DNA of 64,000 nt. Source: Paecilomyces variotii (Eukaryota). The notes below the pieces were generated by a model. The model had not been told where the DNA came from, did no database searches, and saw only the letters and a program-made list of their open reading frames with translations. The first letter of the stretch is position 1, and every line of letters begins with the position of its first letter. Position numbers and translations under genes: made by a program. Of this stretch, positions 47,476 to 58,616 are shown in pieces. The stretch lies in NCBI GenBank assembly GCA_004022145.1, contig RCNU01000012.1; one strand, given 5' to 3'.

Positions 47476-50400
47476 ATGGGCAAAGGCTCGAAGAACAAGC
47501 GCAAGAATAAGAACAATAAAACTGTATTGAACATCAACGATCCGCCCACCGCAGACAATACAGCAAACGAGGCCGGCGTTGAAGCAATCGTCTCCGGTGA
47601 AGATGGCGCCCAAACGGTTCCAGTATGCAGAACTTCCAGTGTTCCAGTACCAGACATTCGAGCGTCAATATCAAAGCTTCGATCCTAGAACCCTGCAATT
47701 TTCATATCATCCCATCCTTCATCCAGCTACTGGTCCTCTGACGGCAGAAAATGTTCAGGACAAGGAAAACCTCGAGACGGAAAAGAGGCCCGATGCAGAT
47801 ACCCCTGAGATAGATGGTTCTCCCACCGAGCCTTCCAGTTCAGAGGGTGGCTCTTCCCCTGAATCCAACGGTAAGCCACATATGACTCCTCTTTAGCTAC
47901 AGTTATGATTACGATTGGTGCTGGATCACATAAATATGGTATTAATGCTGGACAGACCCCGATTCCTCCGCGACCGAACCAGAATCACCTTCAGAGATAA
48001 CGACCGCGGAGAGCAATGAAGAAGGGAGTAAGAATGAGGAACCAGTGGTGGAAAATAATGAGCTCCCACAGGAAACAGGTGCTGAGATTGTCCCAGAAGA
48101 CAATGAGTACGGTAGTCGGGATGATGCCTCAGCTCCCTCAGAAAATGAGAATGGAGAGCATGTTAACCCCGCAGAGACATCCGCAGCTCATGAAGTGGAG
48201 ACTTCAGATCACGATGGCGGAGAAGCCGGATCGGATACACACGGCGATAATCCTCCCTGCGAGGGTGAGGGTAAGTATTACTGTGCACCACCCCCTGCTG
48301 GTGATTAACAAATCAATAGAGGACAATTTTCCTGATGTTGACCCATCCGCAGAAGCAGATAAGGTCGCCGTTGAGAAAGAGGAAATCGCAAAACAAGAAG
48401 CCGAAGATGCTCGGGAAGAGACAAATGCGAATTTTGTGGGGGATGACGCTGCTTTTGTCGATGACCTCCCTTCAGAAGACCAGGAACCCGGCCCAGAAAC
48501 AGAACCCCAAGAGTCGCCGGAAGATGACGAAGCCAACGAACAAGAGATCTCCGAAAGCATAGAACCAGACCAGAATGGCTCGTCGCCAGATGCCCCTGCT
48601 GAGGACCCCGTCCCCTCGACCGCTGGAGAGGGAGAAGAGAGTCCAGAGACGCAAGCAGAACCAGAGGAACCCACGCACGAACCTGCAGAGTCCGACGAAG
48701 TTTCTGCACCACAAGAGGCAGAAACGGAGAACCCTTGGAATTCCGAATCCGTTGATGCAGCTGCCGAAGCCGACTTCCTAGAGCAACGTGCAGTGGAAGA
48801 CACCGTGGATAATACGGCAGAAAGCGAGGGGAATGATGATTCTGCCGGCGAAGGTGCAGCATCAGAAGAATCTCCAGCTGAGCCTTCAGAGGACACGGCT
48901 TCGGACCAACAACATGCCGAAGAAACCCCCGATGCTGTTGAAACTGGTCAAGAGGCAGGTGACTGCGACAAAGACTCCCTAGGCGAACCAATGCCTGAGG
49001 AGGACCTTGCGCCGTCTGATGATACTCTTGCAGACGAGGAAGCCGCCGAAGATAGTGCGGAAGATGCAGCGAAAGAGACGCCTCCTGAGGAACAACAGAT
49101 TGACCAAAACACTGCCGAAGTCGCCGGTAATGACGAGACAGCTCTTGATGGAGATTCAACGGAGGAATCTCCTTTTGAAGATGCTTCTGTTGAAGAGCAT
49201 CCGGCCGAGGAGCCTGCCGAGGAACTCGCAGCCAAAGAAGTAGCCGCCGACGAGATTGCTGCTGATGGAGATCTTGCGGATGAGCCTGTTGAACCAGTCG
49301 ACGAGACTCCTGCCGAAGAACCAGTCGCTGAAGAACCTGCCGCTGAAGAACCTGCCGCTGAAGAACCTGCCGCTGAAGAACCTGCCGCTGAAGAACCTGC
49401 CGCTGAAGAACCTGCCGCTGAAGAACCTGCCGCTGAAGAACCTGCCGCTGAAGAACCTGCCGCTGAAGAACCTGCCGCTGAAAAACCTACTTCTGAAGAG
49501 CTACCGGTCGAGGAGACACCAGTTGAGGAGGCACCAGTTGAGGAGGCACCAGCTGCCGTAGAACTACCCGCCCAAGATCACCCTACTGAAGAAGCTCCCG
49601 CACATGAGCCTGCTCCCGAGGAGTCACCAGCGGAACAGCTTACTACTGAGGAGACTCCGGCCGAAGTATCACCAGCGGAGGACCTCCCTGGGGAGATTCT
49701 GCCAGCTGTCGCTGAGGGCGTTGTCACCGAATCATCTGTTGAAGCGCCAGCTGAAACGGAACCAGCAATCCCTAGTCAGAGAAATATTCCAGCTGCTGAA
49801 GATCATACCGACGCCCCTTCTCCCCAGGAGGGCGAAGCGGAAGAAATCGCTGACAACCAGGAAGACCGCGCAGCGGAACAGGACATTGCTGTGGAGGAGT
49901 CGCCCGACGATGGTGCAGCTCCTGGCATCCCCACAGAAGCGGCATTGCCCGAACGCTCTCGGCGGCGTAAGAGACAATCATCAGGTTGGAAGCGCGACTA
50001 TCATCACTCTAAGAGCTCATCGGATGGCCACCGCTCCCAGCTGGAGCGCCAGAAGAGCGAACGGGGCCTTTTCAAGGACCGGTGGGCCATGGCTTTAGAA
50101 GAGGCCAAGAGACAACGTGAGGAGAAGCTCCGAGAAGCCGAACGCCGGAAAAGAGAAGAAAGACTCCGTGCAGAGAAAGAGCAATGTGCAGCAGAACGCG
50201 CGAAACGTGCGGAGAGGGATGAGGCTGCGAGATCAAGACGTCGCTCTTCGGAACACTCGTCGAGCCATGATCGACGTCGAGGAGAGTCGGCGTCAAAATC
50301 AGCACCGAACGCACTATCTGCCCGTGGTATCTTGAAATATATGACCTCCGGAGAGTCGGATACAAATGGTCCTCTTTTAAAACTAAACGCCGCCAAGGCA

Positions 50401-50724
50401 GCACCTCTAGTAACGGAGCCTGCAAGGAGATCTTCAAGCAGCCATGCACGCTCTCATCACAGTCGCTCTCACGATGAGAGACGGTCGAGTGGACGATCTG
50501 GTGCCTCTGGTACTGAAGACAGCGAAAGTGCTCGACGAGAGCAGCGCAGAGCACGACGGAAAGCAGAAGAGGAAGAACAAAAACGAGTAAGGGAGGCTTA
50601 TGGTGCCAACGCAGGAGAGCCCCACCACCGCCGTCACAGACACCATCGGCCGCAGCCATCGCCCCGTGAATCGAGATTTAAGGAAGCCCTTGGTCTTTTC
50701 AAATCTGCAATTACAGCTCACTGA
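47476..50724 (+). CDS. Large acidic low-complexity protein with EEPAA repeats and a basic/coiled-coil C-terminus, function unknown
   Basis: ATG 47476 ([12 protein letters not shown]), introns ~47623-47747 (GTATGC..CAG), ~47871-47955 (GTAAGC..CAG) and ~48271-48320 (GTAAGT..TAG), then a 2.4 kb open exon to TGA 50724. Confidence 0.8.
49330..49479 (+). repeat. Coding minisatellite (GAAGAACCTGCCGCT) x10, encoding EEPAA
   Basis: Ten perfect 15-bp units counted directly, with degenerate units on both sides. Confidence 0.97.
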
Positions 50725-51760
50725 TTTACGTTGTTGCTTCGGATAGCATTTGTTCTCTGCTTTTTATTTCTACCCTGTATTCCCATATTAGCGAGCGCTT
50801 TCCTCTTTTCCTTTATCTACTTGGGACAGAACGACTTGATGGTCGGATGATGGTACTATTAACCTAAAGGGATACAGGCCCAATAGCGAGGGGAAGGCTG
50901 TTGTTATATTTGACAACGATTGGCGTGCTTGATATGGATATTACGATTTTCTTTGCTACTTTTGTATGGTGCTTGTTTATCCATCCACTTCTTCTCAATG
51001 TATTTTTTTATATCTCAAATGTATAGGGAGTTTCCTAGCTCATATTGGCTTATTCTCTACAGATAGTCAGGAAAGCCTCCTTTGTCTTATTACCAGAACG
51101 ACACCCAGCTTACCAGGGCCTTGTGTTAGCTCTCTAGTGTTGGCATTGAGTCGTGATAGCTTGACTTGGCTGAACTCGGATCGGTTTATACTATTAACTA
51201 TAGGACAATCTATGGTCAAATTTATAACCTAGGACTAGTGAACTTTAGCAAACTCCAGAATGTAAACCATGATACAGTTAATGTAGACCAAAAGAAAGTC
51301 ACTAATCAAAGGATTTCTCCACCACTTAGAGCTTTAAGATCTACCTTGTTCCTGGCCACGAGGCAGTAGTCTTATGAATGCGGTAGAATCAGCCGGGGTT
51401 TTACTGTTATTAGTATTGGCCCCCCATTACTTTACATCGGCTGATTGTATTCTTTCTATGTTGAGGACGAGTCTACGGTTCCGACGTCCGGGTACGTTTA
51501 CTGCGGAAGATACTAATTTGACGGTATATGAGGCATTGTTCTGTTCTTTCTGTGACTCGAGCGGTTTGATGCGCTGCAGGGTCTATATTAGTGTTTGGTC
51601 GTGCGTGTTTCATGAATGTATAAAGTTGGCCTAGCTAATTAACTAGATATTTCCCGTGGAATGAAATAATATGGTAGTATAGCATGCAAAGCAAAAGAGG
51701 TACTATTTTGTTCTTCCCATTTCAGCAATAATAGTTGTGGTGTAATTTCAATTTCACTTT

Positions 51761-53784
51761 TCACACTGGAATGGCCATGCCGTCACCTCTCAGATCGCTA
51801 CCGGCACTGTAGACAATTCTTCCATCCTCATAATGACATCTGATCACCTGTCCACGGCCAAACATGCCTCTCTTCCAGCCCTTCAGGACCGTGACCTGGT
51901 GGCCGAGCTTCTTCAGTCCCTCGACGGCCTCGTCGCTGATGCCCTCTTCCACATATACTGTGCGGTCCAGCACCTTTCCGACTTCGGGCATACCGGCGCC
52001 AATGCAGATACGTGGGGAGTCTAGTGCAGCCTGCGGGTTGTAGCCGAAAGCAAGCATGTTCAAGAGAACTTGGACGTGGCCCTGCGGCTGCATGAAGCCA
52101 CCCATAACTCCATAAACGGAGTGCAAGCTGCCGTCGGAGGGATTTGTGATCATGGCCGGGATAATGGTGTGGTAGGGTCTTTTCCGTGGCGCCAGAACGT
52201 TGGGGTGGCCTTCCTTGAGAGAGAAGTTGGCACCGCGGTTCTGCAGCGTGAAACCACAGCCTTCGGGGATGATGCAGGTGCCAAATCCGCCGTAGTTGCT
52301 GTTGATGAAGGAGATACCGTTACCTTGTTTGTCGGTGACGGCGAAATAGACGGTGTCACAGTGGTTGTGGGCTGGGCTTCCGTGGTCGAGAATATCGGAG
52401 GCTTTGTCCGGATTGAAGAGCTTGGCTCGTTCAGCGAGATAGGGTCTGGAGATGAGACCCTGAGAGGGGACCTTCTCGACGTCCGGATCGGTCACCCACC
52501 ATGAGGCATCTGCGAATGCGATCCGTAGACTCTCTATGACCGCATGGAGGTATTCTGCGGAGTTGTGCTGTTCTTGAGTGAACTTGGGGATTTTGCCGGC
52601 AAGTTCAAGTTCCTCGAGGATACCCAACGCCATGAGGGCGACGATACCCTGGCCGTTGGGGGGATGCTCCCAAACCTCGACTCCCTCGTTGGGTGCACCG
52701 TCAGTTCCTGGGGTCTGCTTTTCTGCGACATTCTGGCCCTTAAACTTCAAGGAAATGGCATCGACCTCCTGGCTGCCGGTCTCTGCGTGATGCTTCAGGT
52801 CATCCAGGGTCAGGAACCCACCAAGATCCTGCACAACCTTTACCAGGGCCTGTCCAATACGTCCTTCGTAGAATCCCTTTTTCCCCTCTGCCGCTAGAGT
52901 CCGGAAAGTCTTGGCCAAGGTTGGGTTCTTCATGATCTCGCCAGGACGAGGATATCTCACCCCATCCTTGGCCTTGGGATCAGCCTTGAGCATCTCCCTG
53001 AAGTTCGGAGAAGCATCACGGATCAGATGTTCACTTTCTGACCACTATATCTGGTCAGTGGCGTTGTTTCGTGCTTTTTTGTAGTAGCTATTGGCAAGGT
53101 GCAGGTGAGATTAGATTTGACTTACGAAGTACGATGCGAGTTCTGAGACAGGGAAACCCTCCTCCCCAAGCTCAATTGCCGGCGTCAAGATCTGCTCCAG
53201 AGACAGCTTCCCACTGCCGAACTTTTCGACAGTGTCAACCCAGCCTGCTGCCGCACCGGGCACCGTCACAGCGTGCACACTGGTCATAGGGATGCTGCCA
53301 CCTTCATCGGGTGCGATATCCAATGCTTTCTTGATCTTCTCCAGAGAGCCATTGGCAGAATATCGGCCGGAGCCGTTGAGAGCGCTGATCTTCTTCGTTT
53401 TGGCATTGTAGAAGAGGCAAAACATGTCACCTCCAATACCAGTCGATGACGGTTCCGTAATGTTTAATGCAGCCGCTGTCATCACGGGCCCTGTCAGTAA
53501 CGTCTCATTATATTAATAGTCAGAGACCGAATTAACCTACCAACTGCCACAGCAGCATCCTATAGTCCACGTTAGTTGATCAAGCTTAGCCATTAGATCA
53601 TCTATATCAATGTACTTACCGCTGCATTTCCACCTTCTCTCAGGATCCTCTGGCCCGCAGCAGCGGCCAGAGGCTGTGTACAGGCCACGATACCATTAGT
53701 ACTGTGAACCACACTCCTTCTGCTCGAGAAGGGAACGAAATCCGGGTTCTCGGCCGGGTAAATGGCCTTGGCGTTGAGAGGCAT
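51761..53784 (-). CDS. Gamma-glutamyltranspeptidase family Ntn-hydrolase (YwrD-like)
   Basis: ATG 53784 (MPLNAKAIY), GGNAA|DAAVAV|AAALNITEPSSTGIGGD, HCDTVYFAVTD (nucleophile Thr), LQNRG, KRPYHTIIP, GVMGGFMQPQGH and SDLRGDG; includes a 19-nt micro-exon at 53541-53559. Confidence 0.93.
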
Positions 53785-54627
53785 CTTCACGCGGTCCGCT
53801 CAGCGGGGGGAATCAAATTGCGGGGTGTCTGGAGCAGTTATACAGGAAGATGACAGTGCAGTCAGAAAAGAACAGGGCGATTCGACGGGGATGCTACGTG
53901 ATTATATACCTAAGTACCCCGAAGCCCTGGCTCGTGGTTTTCCGCGGGGTTAAGGAACAAATAGATATAGGGAAAGATAGAGCGCCTTTTCCAGGCCTAT
54001 CTCGAGATTCTACCCCGCTATGTATGGCGCGTTGCCCGATCGAGACACAGCAGGGCATTTGGGTTTAACCATCGTCCGCCTTCTGGATCGCATTGAATAC
54101 GGTAAAAGGTATTTAATATCAATACGACCAAGTTGAAGCTTGTCGACCTCGACGGGCACTCTCCGCGGTGGAGTGTGACTCCTGAAGACCTTCCGAGGTC
54201 GGGTGGCAGCGCTGCTGACCTTCCGCTTCGGGTACTTATTAGTATCGAGACCAGATAACGCTACTTTCTGACGGCTTCAGATACCAAGAAAAAGGAAATA
54301 TAGATACAACGGAATTGTTTCGTAATAATCCATGCAGATCTGAGACTGTCGGAAAGAAGACAAGCAGCTGGAGCGTAGAGTAGAAGCCCATCACGTCCAT
54401 GTCTCACATCCGGGCCTCGCAACCCGCAGCCCCGCCATCGTCGCCGTCAAAAGCTCCGACGTCCCCCCATCACGGCGTCATCGCTGATCCATCTCGATCT
54501 TCTGCGCTTCAGACCACCGATCGATCATCAGATCCGATGCGGATAGCACTGCTATTTCAGCTCCCAGTCCCCCGGCTCTAATGAGCTCTGCTCCTTGCTT
54601 GCTGTTTGATCCATTTTCCATGGCAGG

Positions 54628-56098
54628 ATGGTGGTGTTTGTCGACTATGATCGGGATACATACGACGATGCGTTGTATCCCCTTCCGGAGCACTCAAGAC
54701 CTCTGGACGCCTATGTCGTCCCCAGCAAGCCTCTGCTCTCCAAGCTGACGACTTCTCCCCTCGAAAGTGCTTCTTTTTCTGCCCAACCGGTCTCCCCGAA
54801 GCAACAAGGAAGCGGAGCTGCTGGACAGCCTGGGACACGCGACAGCGAGGAGAGCCCCGTCGAAGAACAGCAGAAGCCGAATGTCAATGCATTCTCTGCC
54901 GCTCTGAGTTGCTACCCGTACGGGCTGTCGATATGTGCTGCTGAGACAGGCTGTCTGGATGGTCTGCTGACTGGGCCACAGAATCGTCAAGGAAATTGCG
55001 AAATCGGTTGACTTGAACACGCTGCATGCGCTCTCGAGAACATGTCGTCAGTTTCGCGTGAACCTGCTGCCTTACCGCGACCAGCTGATCAAGCAGACCC
55101 TACGCTGCGAAAACGAATACATCGAGACTCTATCAGACATGCTAGGCGATGGCGCTGTCCTGCCGGATAACCTAAAGAACATCCTCCGCTTGCTGAGTCG
55201 AGACACAGTTGACCTTGGGAAGTTGACCAGCGGCAAAGTTGGGAGATGCGCCCGGGATATGGTTTCTGAATGCCGGAGATGCTCGAGGGTTGTGTGTAGG
55301 GTATACAAGGAGACCATGGTATTGTCTGTTGAAGTGCCGTCATATGCTAAAACTGTGTCTTAGAATTGCTGTATCAAACCGCCGAGCAGTGCTATGCTCA
55401 AGAACCGTCTGCGCCGTCTCTGCACAACATGCCGCACAGCACCGCTCCACTATCTTTTAACGCAATATTCCGCAACGACAGCTGACGACGCGATCGTATC
55501 GTCTCCTTCTACGGGTTTCACTGCGTCCGCTTTTATACGTGAACCATGTTCCTGCGAAGAGGCTGTCTGGCTGTGCCAGCCATGCGGTCAGACACTTCGC
55601 AGCGATGATACCACCTACAGACGGGTATGGACGTGGCGAACTCGTTACAGCACCTACCTTGGAGGAGGCCTAGGCACGGGTATCGGCGAAGGTTGCCAGG
55701 GTGTGAAATGCGGCCGAGGCGAACATTGCTTGGCAGCTCAGGAAATCGAGCTGGAAGTTTGCGACGCAGATGAACGAGCCGCTGGAGTACACGATCACCA
55801 TGTACACGGCAATGTGACTTCGCACAACCACGAGCGATCTGACTCACCCCATGTCGACTCTCTAGATAACAGGGACGGTGAGGAACCCGGATACTTCAAG
55901 CAGGAAATTGTCGGAATCGGGGGCGTCGTGAAATGCAAAGCAAAGAAGAGAGTTACAGTTGGGTCGTGTGTCCTCGAATACGAAGACGAACGGGAGACCG
56001 GCAAGTATTTGAGAAGAGAGGAAAGCGGCCAGGACAGAAGTTGGTGCGGATGGTGCTGGAGAGTTGTCCCTGGTAAGCATGACCGGCTTGAGCTGTAA
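54628..56098 (+). CDS. Uncharacterised fungal protein with F-box-like motif and Cys-rich putative zinc-binding regions
   Basis: ATG 54628 (MVVFVDYD), intron ~54918-54981 giving CYP|IVKEIAKSVDLNTLHALSRTCRQFR, intron ~55301-55363, CRRCSRVVCRNC, LCTTC, CSC..WLCQPC, CGRGEHC and WCGWC. Confidence 0.78.
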
Positions 56099-56610
56099 GC
56101 TTACTATGATACTGCTTCCGTCTTCAATGTTGGTTTTTCGGAGTCACAAAAACTTTCATTGGCATTGTCTTTTACGATACCTCACTCCACTGCTCGACGA
56201 GTCACGAAGCCAACGTAAAAGGCACACAATCATCGCCGTTCAACTAAAGCAGAAGGCTGGTTGGCGTTTCATGCACTTCTTCAGGTACGTGTGTTATGCA
56301 TGGCGCAAATATCATATTTTCGATGATCACGACAGCAGTTAGCTGCATGGAAAAATAATTGCTCTAGTTATATACATGCCTGAAACAATATAAACATTCA
56401 GCAGTTATTTCGACTACCTCATAGATCCCTCGTCATACAGCTCTTACCTGCAGATTCCGGTGGCATGAAAGCCACTGCTCTCAAAACATCTCTCGGCCCA
56501 TACCCAGTCCTGCAGTACACAATATCAGGATATGCGTAACATAACTATTCTTTCTATGATCCAAAAAAGAAGATCCCGAACTATGGTTCGGATGCAAAAA
56601 GCTAACTCAA

Positions 56611-56684
56611 TGGTCCCGACGAGGGTCGAACTCGCGACCTTGGCGTTATTAGCACCACGCTCTAACCGACTGAGCTACGGGACC
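56611..56684 (-). tRNA. tRNA-Ile (anticodon AAT)
   Basis: Reverse complement is GGTCCCGTAGCTCAGTCGGTTAGAGCGTGGTGCTAATAACGCCAAGGTCGCGAGTTCGACCCTCGTCGGGACCA: acceptor stem, D-loop GG, anticodon loop CT-AAT-AA, GTTCGA T-loop; oligo-T terminator downstream. Confidence 0.96.
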
Positions 56685-56899
56685 GAAGAAGTGACTGATG
56701 TGTCAATTTAGTGATCTTTGAGAGGGATCTACAAACACCGTGGACATTTCCGATTTCAACATCTTGAAGCTATCCATCTTTATGCTACTACTATATCATT
56801 ACTACTACTATTACTATAACTACGAAGGAAATCAGCTAACCTTGTATCACCTGAATGCAACTTGGCACGGGTAGCTAGCTCTTGGTCGCCTTCCCTTCC

Positions 56900-57950
56900 C
56901 TTGCGGGACTGGATAGAGAGTGGTCGCTTAGGCACCGTTGTATACTAACTATTTATATGCATCGAGGCCATTCAAGGAGGTGAGGCGAACACCATACGGC
57001 TCTATGGTCAGAACATACATCCTGTCCTCACTTCACGCGCCCAGATGGCCTTGTGGGACTCTGCCAGAAGCCAAAGCTTCGTTGTTAGAGGATCGATCAT
57101 TCCGATTCTCGTCCGTCTAGGGGCAATTGCTGTGAACATCTTTGCTGTTCCACTAAGCACTCTATTACGAGACACTGAGCACCAATATGCCTTGACACAG
57201 GGATCACCCTCCTTCAGGTCAGCCCAGGAGACTATCGTTGTCCTTGCTACAGAAGTTCAGATCTTTCAACGTCTTTCCAGAGAACGTGTACTAAATCGAG
57301 ATCATCGGACCTCCCCTGTACCACGAATCTTGGTAATCCAGCACAGGACCCTTTCAGTCAGGTTAAAAGCCGGCACGCTGCCCTTGCTGAGCTGACGGGG
57401 TGCCTGCGCCTACGCATGGGGGACGTTCTGTCTCCACAAGAGAAACGCACAATCGCCCTTCTCACTGCTTATCATAAGATGCAATCTGTGGTCCTCGCGG
57501 TTTCCCTATCTCCATTCGAAGTTGTAGCCAATGATTGTATACCAGATTTTCAGGAAATAGTCGAACAGTCTAACATCGCTCTCGATGCGTGGCTCAATCT
57601 GACGGCACACAACCGCCATTCACGTTTGAAATGAGACTGGAATTCGCACTCTCGTTCACCTGCCTTAGATGCCGCAAATTAAGAATCCGACGGTCGGCCC
57701 TGACCTCGTTTTGACAAGCGTCTGCGGTGTTAGGGTTTTATAAACGTACCCCTGCGGTAATTCCGGGGAAAAAAAAATCATGACGCTGGAGGAGTCCCAC
57801 GGTATGGCGCTGTATATAGTCCTAGCGACCTCCATGGGGCTGGAGTAAACACCAATATCAGTTCTTATGCCCGAAGGGGCCTGCATTGGACCCATAGGTG
57901 TCGTTCCGGCACGAGGCGTTTTCCCTCCAGGAACGAGCGTGCAAACACTG
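56900..57950 (+). pseudogene. Decayed C-terminal region of a fungal Zn2Cys6-type transcription factor
   Basis: Broken frames IIPILVRLGAIA, FRSAQETIVVLATEVQIFQR and QEKRTIALLTAYHKM...DCIPDFQEIVEQS.IALDA resemble fungal-specific TF C-terminal domains; stops and frameshifts; no zinc cluster seen. Confidence 0.5.
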
Positions 57951-58542
57951 CGAGGTGGACCGTCAATCGGACTCTTCTACGGGTTCCGCGGAATGAACGA
58001 GATATAGCTAGCGGTACTTGGGAAGCAGTCTCCGAATACAGTGATGATAATCGTCCCAATCAATCCCAGGGCTTCTTGCACAGGGGGGTGTTTTGACACT
58101 GATATTATCAACTGGGTGTCCAATGAGACCAAAAATAAAACAATGCCGTGTATGCCCTATGTATATCCTGTGGACAGATCCTGGTAGACTGCTTAAAGGG
58201 GCAAAAAATGTAATCCCGAGGTATATAATATCCATAGCTTAGTCTACATTAATTACTGAATTAGGTAGGGTTATCATAGCTACAAGTATACGAACATATT
58301 TACTGTTCGACAGGCCGCCTTAGTGACGACATTTTTGAACAATAGCGAGAACATACTTAACCCCACGGATAATTCAATGAACTGTTAAATCTAGGTAAGC
58401 TGCCCTGGCATTAGAAATCCAAACTTAATAAAACGCTTACCGTTAAATTGAAGATCTCCTAACCCACCTATAACCTGCTCCAAATATACAGTAGTAGAGA
58501 ATAGGATAATGAATCACTGTTTGCGCCGCTTCTAACATGCAA

Positions 58543-58616
58543 GGTCCCGTAGCTCAGTCGGTTAGAGCGTGGTGCTAATAACGCCAAGGTCGCGAGTTCG
58601 ACCCTCGTCGGGACCA
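58543..58616 (+). tRNA. tRNA-Ile (anticodon AAT)
   Basis: Identical 74-nt sequence to the minus-strand copy at 56611-56684; TTTTTT terminator at ~58627. Confidence 0.96.

Noticed and set aside
48016-48320. N-terminus of the 902-aa ORF as given in the ORF track ([12 protein letters not shown]...)
   Set aside because: Out-of-frame read-through of an upstream exon and intron; the acidic frame plus GT-AG sites give a better spliced model starting at 47476.
49330-49479. Regular direct repeats that could suggest a CRISPR-like array
   Set aside because: Tandem 15-mers with no spacers, in frame within a eukaryotic CDS.
3659-56098. Secondary-metabolite cluster or Starship-type giant element
   Set aside because: No PKS/NRPS/terpene backbone gene and no DUF3435 tyrosine recombinase seen; gene content is mostly housekeeping.
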